From the NCBI GenBank assembly GCA_964016885.1, contig OZ024740.1, forward strand, positions 4,030,001 to 4,094,000: a stretch of 64,000 nucleotides of DNA, given 5' to 3'. Shown here piece after piece: positions 41,201-54,007 of this stretch (position 1 is the first letter of the stretch; each line of letters starts with the position of its first letter). The notes under the pieces are model-generated. The model was not told the DNA's origin. It did no database searches and saw only the letters and a program-made list of their open reading frames with translations. Source of the stretch: Eledone cirrhosa (taxonomy: Eukaryota). A program made the position numbers and the translations under genes.

Positions 41201-42545
41201 TACATACTAACCAATACCTTTCAGTGACTGTTACTTCTCTTCGTACATACTAACCAATATCTCTCAGTGACTATTACTTCTCTTAGTACATACTAACCAA
41301 TATCTCTCAGTGACTATTACTTCTCTTAGTACATACTAACCAATATCTCTCAGTGACTATTACTTCTCTTAGTACATACTAACCAATACCTATCAGTGAC
41401 TGTTACTTCTCTTAGTACATACTAACCAATACCTTTCAGTGACTGTTACTTCTCTTAGTACATACTAACCAATACCTTTCAGTGACTATTACTTCTCTTA
41501 GTACATACTAACCAATATCTCTCAGTGACTATTACTTCTCTTAGTACATACTAACCAATACCTTTCAGTGACTGTTACTTCTCTTAGTACATACTAACCA
41601 ATACCTTTCAGTGACTGTTACTTCTCTTAGTACATACTAACAACACCTTTCAGTGACTGTTACTTCTCTTAGTACATACTAACCAATACCTTTCAGTGAC
41701 TGTTACTTCTCTTAGTACATACTAACCAATATCTGTCAGTGACTATTACTTCTCTTAGTACATACTAACCAATATCTCTCAGTGACTATTACTTCTCTTA
41801 GTACATACTAACCAATATCTCTCAGTGACTATTACTTCTCTTAGTACATACTAACCAATATCTCTCAGTGACTATTACTTCTCTTAGTACATACTAACCA
41901 ATACCTTTCAGTGACTGTTACTTCTCTTAGTACATACTAACCAATACCTTTCAGTGACTGTTACTTCTCTTAGTACATACTAACCAATACCTTTCAGTGA
42001 CTGTTACTTCTCTTAGTACATACTAACCAATATCTCTCAGTGACTATTACTTCTCTTAGTACATACTAACCAATATCTCTCAGTGACTATTACTTCTCTT
42101 AGTACATACTAACCAATATCTCTCAGTGACTATTACTTCTCTTAGTACATACTAACCAATACCTTTCAGTGACTGTTACTTCTCTTAGTACATACTAACC
42201 AATACCTTTCAGTGACTGTTACTTCTCTTAGTACATACTAACCAATATCTCTCAGTGACTGTTACTTCTCTTAGTACATACTAACCAATATCTCTCAGTG
42301 ACTATTACTTCTCTTAGTACATACTAACCAATATCTCTCAGTGACTATTACTTCTCTTAGTACATACTAACCAATATCTCTCAGTGACTATTACTTCTCT
42401 TAGTACATACTAACCAATATCTCTCAGTGACTATTACTTCTCTTAGTACATACTAACCAATATCTCTCAGTGACTATTACTTCTCTTAGTACATACTAAC
42501 CAATATCTCTCAGTGACTATTACTTCTCTTAGTACATACTAAACA
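29290..42545. repeat. Satellite array, 43-bp unit TTCTCTTAGTACATACTAACCAATACCTTTCAGTGACTGTTAC, ~308 copies
   Basis: Period 43 (29306 to 29349); a few recurrent variants (42-bp AACAACACC, CCTATC, TCTCTC+TATT); no spacers. Confidence 0.98.
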
Positions 42546-42615
42546 ATGTTTTGGTCAGAAAAGTGAAGAAAGAAAGAAAACAGAAGGAAAATAACAAAAA
42601 ATAAATGAAAGTAAA

Positions 42616-44457
42616 ATAATTGTTTCTACTTTAGGCACAAGGCCAGCAATTACTAGTGCATTACTGGTACTTTATTCTATCGACCCCGTAAGGAAGAAAG
42701 GCAAAGTCAACCTCAGCGGGATTTGAACTCAGACCGTAAAGGGACGTAACTATGCTGGAAAGCATGGCGTCCGATCCTCTACCAATACTACCAATCCACC
42801 ACCCTACCATGGCGTCCGATCCTCTACCAATACTACCAATCCACCACCCTACCATGGCGTCCGACCCTCTACCAATACTACCAATCCACCACCCTACCAT
42901 GGCGTCCGACCCTCTACCAATACTACCAATCCACCACCCTACCATGGCGTCCGATCCTCTACCAATACTACCAATCCACCACCTACCATGGCGTCCGATC
43001 CTCTACCAATACTACCAATCCACCACCCTACCATGGTGTCAGACCCTCTACCAATACTGCCTATCCACCACCCTAACATGGTGTCAGACCCTCTACCTAT
43101 ACTACCAATCCACCACCCTAACATGGTGTCAGACCCTCTACCTATACTACCAATCCACCACCCTAACATGGTGTCAGACCCTCTACCAATACTGCCAATC
43201 CACCACCTAACATGGTGTCAGACCCTCTACCTATACTACCAATCCACCACCCTAACATGGTGTCAGACCCTCTACCAATACTGCCAATCCACCACCTAAC
43301 ATGGTGTCAGACCCTCTACCTATACTGCCAATCCACAACCCTACCATGGTGTCAGACCCTCTACCAATACTACCAATCCACCACCCTAACATGGTGTCAG
43401 ACCCTCTACCTATACTACCAATCCACCACCCTAACATGGTGTCAGACCCTCTACCAATACTGCCAATCCACCACCTAACATGGTGTCAGACCCTCTACCT
43501 ATACTACCAATCCACCACCCTATATGGTGTCAGACCCTCTACCAATACTGCCTATCCACCACCCTAACATGGTGTCAGACCCTCTACCAATAATACCAAT
43601 CCACCACCCTACCATGGTGTCAGACCCTCTACCAATACTGCCAATCCACCACCCTAACATGGTGTCAGACCCTCTACCAATACTGCCTATCCACCACCCT
43701 AACATGGTGTCAGACCCTCTACCAATACTACCAATCCACCACTCTACCATGGTGTCAGACCCTCTACCAATACTACCAATCCACCACCCTAACATGGTGT
43801 CAGACCCTCTACCAATACTGCCTATCCACCACCCTAACATGGTGTCAGACCCTCTACCAATACTACCAATCCACCCCCCTAACATGGTGTCAGACCCTCT
43901 ACCAATACTACCAATCCACCACCCTAACATGGTGTCAGACCCTCTACCTATACTGCCAATCCACCACCCTAACATGGTGTCAGACCCTCTACCTATACTG
44001 CCAATCCACCACCCTACCATGGTGTCAGACCCTCTACCTATACTGCCAATCCACCACCCTAACATGGTGTCAGACCCTCTACCTATACTACCAATCCACC
44101 ACCTAACATGGTGTCAGACCCTCTACCAATAATACCAATCCACCACCTAACATGGTGTCAGACCCTCTACCTATACTACCAATCCACCACCCTAACATGG
44201 TGTCAGACCCTCTACCAATAATACCAATCCACCACCTAACATGGTGTCAGACCCTCTACCTATACTACCAATCCACCACCTAACATGGTGTCAGACCCTC
44301 TACCAATACTACCAATCCACCACCTAACATGGTGTCAGACCCTCTACCAATACTACCAATCCACCACCCTAACATGGTGTCAGACCCTCTACCTATACTG
44401 CCAATCCACCACCTACCATGGCGTCCGATCCTCTACCAATACCGCCAATCCACCGCC
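42616..44457 (-). mobile_element. Meta-like SINE whose 5' head is tandemly amplified
   Basis: 42616-42762 is the SINE body and tail on minus; the following array is its first ~45 nt repeated. Confidence 0.88.
42763..44457. repeat. 45-bp minisatellite (44-bp variants), ~38 copies, SINE-head derived
   Basis: Unit CATGG(C/T)GTC(C/A)GA(T/C)CCTCTACCAATACTACCAATCCACCACCCTA(C/A). Confidence 0.97.
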
Positions 44458-44614
44458 AGTCCAATGAAAGTATAATAATAAAAACCAATGATAGTAAATC
44501 AATAATTATCGAAGACCTTATTGATCTCATCGGTTTTCCCTTGGCATCAGATAAAAGGGAAACAACAATAAACTGGACTTTAAACTTTTCCAAGATACAA
44601 TTACATTATTTCAA

Positions 44615-44730
<116 letters not shown>

Positions 44731-45492
44731 GTGGGAGTGTAAAAGAAAGAGATGTGCTGTATCCTCCTCATCATATCATGATAATAAACTTCATCCTTCC
44801 CGACTTTCTCAATATCATCATCATCATTACTTTTTCATTGTTTAGCTGGGAGAAAAAGGCAGCTCCAAATGTCATATACTTTTTCAGTGACCCTGAAAAT
44901 GATGGAAGACAAGGAAGAAGGTATCCCCAAACCAGAGACCTTATCTAAATACTTGTAACAGAGTTGACTCTATTAAAGATATCCAAGAAACAGGTGGATG
45001 TGTGGAACCAGGTGATAGGATTAACCCTTATGTTACCAAATGTTTTAAATGAAATATACTGCCTGTGTATATCAACTGATTTTGAAAATTTGAAGAATGA
45101 CATAACCTTTTCACTAGTAAGCTGATGTTTATGATATTAACCAATATTTCTTAAATAAAATTACAATGGAAGGTTTAAATATAAATAAAGAGTTGTGTAT
45201 CATAAACCCTAGGTCATTTCAAGTCGGTTAGTCTCAAATATAAGTCTACAAAGATTTTCTGAAATTCACATCATTCCTTGTTCTACATTGGTTTTAACAA
45301 CCAATATATAATGGAACAATGATTGTCAGCACTACAGCTGTCATCACAGTATATCCATGAGGCAGAAGATGGAATGTCCTATGAGCGAACTTCATACCAA
45401 TCATAAAAGACCAAAATAAATAATAAAACTCACCTCTATCTCTTTTGCAGAGAATGTGTGGCATAAACCATTTTAACGCAGAGAAAACTGAA

Positions 45493-45890
45493 AATGCCAT
45501 TGTATTTTGCTGTGGTTATTGTTGACCTGTTTTCTTTTTCTATCAAATGATATTAATGCCTTCACTGTTTCCATTTACCGTTTCAATGAATTCCTCATTT
45601 GTAATTCCAGTAAGAAAATATCAAAGATAATTTCATAGACCAGCAATGCAGCAAAGAATCATTCTGTTGGTTTATATAAATAAATCCATAAAAGCAACCT
45701 ATATATTTGTCCCATAGGTAAACTGCTGTGTTAAGAGAACTTGGTGTACAGAGTCTTAATTTCGTTCTGTATATAGCCTTTACTAAGACCAATAAATAAG
45801 GGTAATGTTCTGTGATAGTTAAGAGATCTAGACTAGTATTCCGCTATGAACTCCTGAAATGGTTTAGTAACAGCAAAAGAGTGTGTGTTC
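45493..45890. repeat. Probable donor of the 23237-23633 insertion
   Basis: Inverted near-identical copy embedded in non-TE-looking sequence. Confidence 0.88.
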
Positions 45891-46290
45891 CTTAGCCCAT
45901 GTCATTAGTCATAAGTAGGGTTATTTTCTGTTCAGAATTTACCTAGGTATTGTTTATTAAATTATCAAGTTGTTGGAGAAAGTTGACACCATAAACTTTC
46001 ACAAACCAACTCTGTATTCCTGGCAAGTATTAGCAAGAGAGAGCATATTTCTTAGCCTCTATCATGATTCATAAGCAGGGTTATTTTTTGTTCAGAAATT
46101 ACCTGAGTGTTTCTTATAAAGTAATCAAGTTGGTAGAGATAGTTGACGTTATAGACTTTTGCACAACAGCTCTGTATTCCTGACTAGAATTAGCAAGCAT
46201 CTGTCATGAATTATAAGTAGGGGGTGGCTATTTTTTGTTCAGAAGTTGCCTTATGTGTTGTTTATAAATATATCAAGGTGGTAGAGAATT
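45890..46290. repeat. Old degenerate tandem repeat, ~140-160-bp unit, about 3 copies
   Basis: ATAAG(T/C)AGGG...TTTT.TGTTCAGAA...ATCAAG recurs near 45911, 46071 and 46213. Confidence 0.75.
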
Positions 46291-47285
46291 TCAATGAAAA
46301 AGAAATATCATTTTTTTTGTGCTTTTTATAATTGTTTTTTCTTGTTTTAGGTGGAAATAGTTGAGGAAATAGATATTTCTGTACAGTATCTAGTTAAATA
46401 TGTCAGAGTTCTTCTTCAGGTTTAAATTATTTTAGTGTTCAGCTGTGCCATTGTTCATTTGAGGAGGGGTGTGTATAAAATTAGCATGGATAAAATTAGT
46501 ACTACTAATGTCACACAGCAAGTACTATTCGATTTGTTTGAGGCAATCATAAAGCACTCAATGAAACGAAAATTTAAAAAACATTAGGTCAAGAGTAAAC
46601 ACAGCATTATAAAGTATGACATCAAGAAAAATGACCAAAGGCAGTGGCCATACATATATCACAACAACGATAGATACAGAAAGGTATATATATATGTATT
46701 GGTTTCACTTTGGTCAAACAGTGTTCCTAATCTCACTTTATGTATGTACGATCAAAAGTCCAAAAAAAAAAAAATATATATACCATAAATATATTGGTGT
46801 TTGATTCCATCAAATATCTCTCTGTAACAAAACTATACCTTGTGCCTGAGCAAGAAAGTAATCTTTAAATATTAACAAATTTCCTAAGTCCTCCCTTGTT
46901 AAATACTTCGTAAGACTCACTCCAATAATAAGAATCTCATTGAAGTAGATTATCACAAGTCACTTTCTCTATATACACACACAAACTATATATTAGATAA
47001 TAAGTATTCTCCCATGGTATTTTGCGAGATCTAGGTCTGACACCTCACTATCTTCGGTTGAGAAAATTACTGAAGTCACTGTCAGTCAGTTTGGTAACTT
47101 TAAAACAAACAATTTTACAAAAGATAAATAAAATACTACTAATTAAAAATTCAGACAAAAACAACAAAGAAAACTAGATATGAAAATGTCAAAGTGGAAA
47201 GAGTAGTGAATAAAAAATGAACAACAACAGAAAATAGAATTATACATTCTGTGTGTGTGTGTGTGAGTGTGTGTGCATGTGTACC

Positions 47286-47527
47286 ATCATCATCATCATC
47301 GTTTAACGTCTATCTTCCATGGTAGCATGGGTTTAGACAGGGTCCCACTTGAGGCAAGATTGGTTGTCTTGCTCGTATAGGACTGTCTGGCAGGTTTTCT
47401 ACAGCTGGATGCCCTTCCTAACACCAACCACGTTTACAGTGTGGACTGGGAGGTTTTTACCGTGTTTCCTACACAGCCACATTACAGTGTGGACTGTGTG
47501 TTTTTTTGTCGTGACACCTACACGGCC
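47286..47527 (-). mobile_element. RTE-A subfamily 3' UTR fragment
   Basis: Matches 10707-10960. Confidence 0.88.
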
Positions 47528-47770
<243 letters not shown>

Positions 47771-47985
47771 ATTGGAAATTTAGTAAAATCGAATCTCTGG
47801 CGGTTTGCAAGCAAATTCGGCCTACTTATATGGAATTATGAGTTAGCAAAGCACTCGATAAGTTAGGTCCTTAGAGTAATAACATACGTTTAAATAGCTT
47901 GACAAATCGAACATTGTGGTAGGCAAAATCTAACACACAATAATATACCTAAGTAACGATAGAGCTAATAGGTTGAGAAAAATAC

Positions 47986-48112
47986 ACCTGGACAAATCAA
48001 AAGATTATACGTTTAAAGTGTTTCTTTGAATCCGAAATCAAATATCAGACTTACGTGACTGGCAAGCTCGTGGTATTCATGATCGAACGGAGGATTCAGT
48101 TTTTCAACAGGC
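47986..48112 (-). ncRNA. Type I hammerhead candidate, U3-A8 core, large loops II and III
   Basis: Minus strand: stem I GCCTG/CAGGT; TTGAAAA; stem II TGAATCC/GGATTCA (two basal mismatches); GAAA; stem III ACA/TGT; GUC; inside a ~480-bp TA-flanked segment (47771-48253). Confidence 0.55.
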
Positions 48113-48248
48113 TTTTCGTTCTACCCAGAACAGGGGTGATAGGCTAAATGTTGCTGCTAGATGCAGCGTATCGTATCTATAGCTGTCACGTGTTAATTCC
48201 AGCAAGGGAAATAACCCCCGGTTTTTGGCGGGTCATTCAAAATGTTAG

Positions 48249-48288
<40 letters not shown>

Positions 48289-48462
48289 TCTCTCACCTTC
48301 ACACAGTAGCTTTGCTGAGTACTACCTTGGTCTGTCTCGACCTACCAACCCTTACTAACAGGGAAAATGGACGTTAAACCAAGATGGAGTAATTTTATTT
48401 AAGACTATGAATACACAGGCAAAACTCAAAATTAACAAGACTCTAACTTGACCTTTATAAAT

Positions 48463-48655
48463 ATAATTGTTTCTATTTTTGGCACAAGGCAAGCAATTAT
48501 CCCAGTGCATTACTGGTACTTTATTTTATCGACCCCGAAAGGATGAAAGGCAAAGCTATCCTCGGCGGGATTTGAACTCAAAACGTAAAGGACCGTAACT
48601 CTATGCTGCTAAGCATGGCGTCCGATCCTCTACCTATACTGCCAATCCACCGCCC
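48463..48655 (-). mobile_element. Meta-like tRNA SINE with 16-bp target-site duplication
   Basis: CCTTTATAAATATAAT at 48452-48467 and 48654-48669. Confidence 0.88.
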
Positions 48656-48849
48656 TTTATAAATATAATATAATATAATATAATATATCATCATCATCAT
48701 CATCATCATCATCACCGTTTTACGTCCGTTCTTATATTATATTATATTATATTATATTATATTATATTATATTATATTATATTATATTATATTATATTAT
48801 ATTATATTATATTATATTATATTATATTATATTATATTAAATTTATAAA

Positions 48850-48989
48850 GGGCGGTGGATTGGCAGTATCGGTAGAGGGTCGGACGCCATGCTTAGCAGC
48901 ATAGAGTTACGTTCCTTTACGTTTTGAGTTCAAATCCCGCCGAGGAAAGCTTTGCCTTTCATCCTTTCGGGGTCGATAAAATAAAGTAC

Positions 48990-48991
<2 letters not shown>
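48850..48991 (+). mobile_element. Meta-like SINE, 3'-truncated, head-to-head with the previous copy
   Basis: A box TGGCAGTATCGG, B box GAGTTCAAATCC, GCCTTTCATCCTTTCGGGGTCGATAAAATAAAGTACCA. Confidence 0.88.
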
Positions 48992-49024
<33 letters not shown>

Positions 49025-49116
49025 ACGAAGGAGACGTGGTAAGGAACCAGGTTGACCATAACGAACCAAAGTAATCAATATTTAGGGTAGTAGAGTGGGT
49101 AATAGGAACCAGTAAG

Positions 49117-49210
49117 ACCCCGACGGCTGAGCTCAAGCCGTTTCGACGGCTAATTCTGGAATAAATGAAAATTTATCCTGGTATTTAAATAGCCGAGCTT
49201 CTCAAGGGGT
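49117..49210 (-). ncRNA. Type I hammerhead ribozyme, U3-A8 variant, in PLE 3' UTR
   Basis: Minus strand: stem I ACCCC/GGGGT; TTGAGAA; stem II G..CGGCTA/TAGCCG.C with ~37-nt loop; GAAA; stem III ACGGCT/AGCCGT around TGAGCTC; GUC, predicted cut between 49122 and 49121. Confidence 0.82.
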
Positions 49211-49551
49211 AATTCCATATATGGTCAAAGTGATTGTCACAAGGATTGGTCACAAGTTAGTAGTAATTCTGTGATGGCAGATTTGTGGGGGAAGGGTAGC
49301 TAAACCTGCCAGTAGGAGAAAAAGGGGAGGGGGTGGAGTAGACCCATTCATGCGTTGGTAGTGCCGGCTACAGCTGGGCGTGAGGTCAGAGAAGATACTA
49401 AGGAGGGGGAGGGGGAGGAAGTCGAAACGGTAAGTAGAACAATGTTGGGTAAAAATATATTTAAAAAAATACTGAGAGTGATAAAAAGCGAATAAATGTA
49501 AAGAAAAAAATAAGCAATTTCTACGACCTAAGTATCTCGCTATTGCTAGGC

Positions 49552-49586
<35 letters not shown>

Positions 49587-50368
49587 ATTAATAAATAAGA
49601 AAATAAAAAAATATAATAAATAAATAAACTAGGTGGGACGGGATAGGAAAGGACCCTTTTAAGAGGTATAAGTACGTATATCATACGGTGACGGGTCAAC
49701 AAAGGGGGGGGGGGGGGGGGCAAAGGCAAAATACTAAAGAAACTACCACGAAATAATTAATAAAGGTTTCTACCCCAGGCACAAGGCCAGCAACCACCCA
49801 ATGCAGAAAAGTAAACTAGTACGAAATAATAATTCAGAGTCCCGAAAAAAATATACTAATGCTAACTCTAAGGGTACCGCCACGCTACAAAAGTTCTTAT
49901 ACAAGCTACATGAAAGTTCGTACGAAGTAAAAGTAGAATACGGAAAATTAATTCAGAATCCACCCCGCCCAAAAGAAAAGAGAAGAAAGAAATACTGAAT
50001 AAACGAGAAATTAAAGCAAAAGCCACTAAGAAATAGAAGGCACGGAAAAAAGCTCAGCGGTCGGATAAGGGGGCAAGTATCCGAGGTCTAACACAACTGC
50101 TAAAAAAAGCGGAGTCCGCCAAATCTATCATAGACTAGGGGAGGGGTGGGGTACTGAAGCTACAAGGGGCCGAGGGGCTGCCTCGGGTGGGCGAGAAAAA
50201 GACGCCGACAAAGAAAAAGAACTGGGGTAGAAGGACTAGGGAGGGATGGGGGGGAAGAAGGAAATATAGAGGAAGCGATAAAAGAATATAAAAGAAGATC
50301 TTACGTCTCCCTTGGCAAGCAGGGGTTACCCATTACAAAATCGGCAAGTGGGGTGTTATAGCCCTAGT

Positions 50369-52530
50369 CTACCCCCCCCCCCGGTCATTATGGAGTTTGA
50401 GGGCGAGGTAAGTCCTACGCGATCTGTGTTTACATGCAGTAACCAGTTCATCTTTCTTGTTTAGGAGTTGGTCCGTCGAAAACAGCATTTGTAAAGTTTC
50501 CTCCGAGCATAAATTGCACGGACGGCGTCCTCCCGTGTAAGAGTTGGCTCTGGACAGTAATCTCCAAGTGAGATCATAGGTGATGTTGTTGTCCTTGAGG
50601 TCCCATATGTGGCCCGAAAGTGTAGTGGCGTGACGCCGGGCCGGGTTTCGGAAGGTATATCTGTGTTGGTATAGCCGGGTCTTGAGGTCACATGCGGTTA
50701 ATCCTATATAAGCTTTGTTGGAGGTGTCCGTCCTCACGTTGCACTGGTAGATCACATTACGGTCTCTGCATCTGTTGTCGAGGGGGCAAATGGATCTATC
50801 AGGACAGTTGCACCTCCTGGTCGGCTCTCCACTGCTATTTAAGTTATTTCTTCCATCGGGGTTGAGTTTTTTGTTGTTGGAGGAGACGATGTTTTGTGCG
50901 AAGTTTGGTGTAGTGCTGTAAGAGAGTTTGATGGTATTTTTGTTAATTATGTTGTGGTAGCGGTGTTGTAGTGGGAAGTGTTTTTCAATGAGCCTAAAGA
51001 ATATTTTCCCGATGGGAGTTGTCACCTCTGCGTTGTGGGGAGGATTGAACCATGTTACATTGCGTGAGCGGCGGTGTCGCCTGCTGGTTCCGCTAATGGG
51101 AGCTGGACAGTAGGATATTTCCTCCCGGAAACCACTCCGCTTGAGGGCCTGGTTGTAATAAGGCGCATCTTCATCGAATATCTGCTCATTAGTTGACAAA
51201 CGGGATATGCGGGGGGAGATGTTTTTGACCAGGTTGTTGGTGATGTTCCTAGGATGGTTTGTTCGGCGGTGGATGTAGTGCAGGTTGTCATTAGTTTTCC
51301 TGTATGGGTAGTACAGGTCGTTATCGAGGTCGAGGGTAACGTCCAGGAAGTTTACTCGGGTCAGGGACGTTTGTAGGGTCATTTTAAATCCCCAGTCGCG
51401 GAAGAAGCTGATTAATTGTTTACGGACCCGATCTGTACTACTGGGGTTGTACCCTTTAAGGGTAAGGAGCCCATCATCACGGTACAATCCACCACCGAAT
51501 GCAGGAAACATATCGGTGAGTTTGGCTATTAGGAATAATCCTATAAGATCTGTGACCTCCGCCGAATCCGTAGCGCCCATGCTGACGTCGATGGGTGAGT
51601 CGGGAGCTCTTTTTATCCATTTGGAGTTGTCAAAGAGTAAGACTGTCTTCCTGGCGTGGAGGATGATTTTTCTTTCCTGGTCGGTGATGGGCACAAGTGC
51701 TTCGGCGAAGTCCAGGGCAGCAGTAAGTAGCGGTAAGGTGATTGAAGCATAGTAGCTCTCTATGTCAAACTGGATGAATTTAGTGTCTCGTTTATCCTCC
51801 ATATTGCTGAACCATGAGATTACTTCCTGGGTGTTGATCCATAGGCTAAGTCGGGCGTGTTGCTTGACTTTTGGTATCACGCGGTCTAGGATTTTTTTGC
51901 TGATTCTCCCTATGTCGGACTTCGTTGGGTTAATAAGCCTGATAGAGGGTTTACGGTCGAAATCTGATTTGTGGTCCTTCAGTGTGAAGTAGGGTGTCCG
52001 TGGGTCTAGGAGTTCCGTGCGGTCGGCGACCCCGAGGCTGGAGGTAATTTGTTGTCCATCTCGATTTATGTCCTCGATGCATGAGTGGTTGGCCTTTTTA
52101 CAGGTGGAGTCTAGGCTGCTCCTGATCAGTGTGTGGTATCTGTTAGGGTTGACAAAGTATAGGTTCCCAGTTTTATCCGAATGCACCATGATGTCATTGG
52201 TGTTATCATACTCTGTTAAGTTGCTACGGAGTTTTTGTAGGAATCGGTTGTGTCTGGGTTTGAATTTAATGTTCTTGACCAGTTGGAAGAAGTCATTCTC
52301 GAAGGGTGAGAGCAAAGGGTTCGGGTGGAGGGTGGGGGATTTGTAGGTAATAAATCCGAATCTCTCCTTGGTGCCGAAGTCCTGATTGTCGCAATATCTG
52401 TCGTAGAAAAAAGTTCTCCATCTAAGTCTTTTCGCAAATAGATCGATTTTTGCGTGAGCATCCGAAGGTAAAGTTTTTTCGGTGGGATTGGGATGTTCTT
52501 GCTAGAGAAGTCGATGTTGTGTTTTCGCAT
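50369..52530 (-). CDS. PLE reverse transcriptase + C-terminal GIY-YIG endonuclease (~720 aa once one homopolymer frameshift at 52447-52451 is corrected)
   Basis: N-terminus MRKHNIDFSSKNIPIP; RT motifs DKTGN, RLINPTKS, FDIESYY.SI, MG..DSAEV, YRDDGL, FLDV; CNC..C..C linker, VIY/YIG, CNLC..E, C.H; one added base joins the two listed ORFs via KIDLFAKRLRWR. Confidence 0.9.
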
Positions 52531-52595
52531 GGTGCGGGTGAAAGAAATTGAGCTTAGCGGAAAAGTCTGGATACGGCGTGGTAGGGTCGGAAAGA

Positions 52596-53972
52596 GCTAC
52601 ACAACATAATTAACAAAAATACCATCAAACTCTCTTACAGCACTACACCAAACTTCGCACAAAACATCGTCTCCTCCAACAACAAAAAACTCAACCCCGA
52701 TGGAAGAAATAACCTAAATAGCAGTGGAGAGCCGACCAGGAGGTGCAACTGTCCTGATAGATCCATTTGCCCCCTCGACAACAGATGCAGAGACCGTAAT
52801 GTGATCTACCAGTGCAACGTGAGGACGGACACCTCCAACAAAGCTTATATAGGATTAACCGCATGTGACCTCAAGACCCGGCTATACCAACACAGATATA
52901 CCTTCCGAAACCCGGCCCGGCGTCACGCCACTACACTTTCGGGCCACATATGGGACCTCAAGGACAACAACATCACCTATGATCTCACTTGGAGATTACT
53001 GTCCAGAGCCAACTCTTACACGGGAGGACGCCGTCCGTGCAATTTATGCTCGGAGGAAACTTTACAAATGCTGTTTTCGACGGACCAACTCCTAAACAAG
53101 AAAGATGAACTGGTTACTGCATGTAAACACAGATCGCGTAGGACTTACCTCGCCCTCAAACTCCATAATGACCGGGGGGGGGTTGACTAGGGCTATAACA
53201 CCCCACTTGCCGATTTTGTAATGGGTAACCCCTGCTTGCCAAGGGAGACGTAAGATCTTCTTTTATATTCTTTTATCGCTTCCTCTATATTTCCTTCTCC
53301 CCCTTCCTCCCTCCCTAGTCCTTCTACCCCAGTTCTTTTTCTTTGTCGGCGTCTTTTTCTCGCCCACCCGAGGCAGCCCCTCGGCCCCTTGTAGCTTCAG
53401 TACCCCCACCCCTCCCCTAGTCTATGATAGATTTGGCGGACTCCGCTTTTTTTAGCAGTTGTGTTAGACCTCGGATACTTGCCCCCTTATCCGACCGCTG
53501 AGCTTTTTTCCGTGCCTTCTATTTCTTAGTGGCTTTTGCTTTAATTTCTCGTTTATTCAGTATTTCTTTCTTCTCTTTTCTTTTGGGCGGGGTGGATTCT
53601 GAATTAATTTTCCGTATTCTACTTTTACTTCGTACGAACTTTCATGTAGCTTGTATAAGAACTTTTGTAGCGTGGCGGTACCCTTAGAGTTAGCATTAGT
53701 ATATTTTTTTCGGGACTCTGAATTATTATTTCGTACTAGTTTACTTTTCTGCATTGGGTGGTTGCTGGCCTTGTGCCTGGGGTAGAAACCTTTATTAATT
53801 ATTTCGTGGTAGTTTCTTTAGTATTTTGCCTTTGCCCCCCCCCCCCCCCCACCCCTTTGTTGACCCGTCACCGTATGATATACGTACTTATACCTCTTAA
53901 AAGGGTCCTTTCCTATCCCGTCCCACCTAGTTTATTTATTTATTATATTTTTTTATTTTCTTATTTATTTTC

Positions 53973-54007
<35 letters not shown>

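Noticed and set aside
29290-42545. CRISPR-like array, or ribozyme array, in the 43-bp repeat
   Set aside because: No unique spacers, no cas genes, eukaryotic context; minus-strand CTGAAAG/CTGAGAG lacks the hammerhead core and GAAA
42661-44467. MVSDPLPILPIHHP repeat protein ORFs
   Set aside because: Translation of a SINE-derived 45-bp array, broken repeatedly by 44-bp units
49250-49998. Short ORFs in the PLE 3' UTR and their mirrors at 53557-54303
   Set aside because: Low-complexity UTR sequence; duplicated only because of the inverted pseudo-LTR
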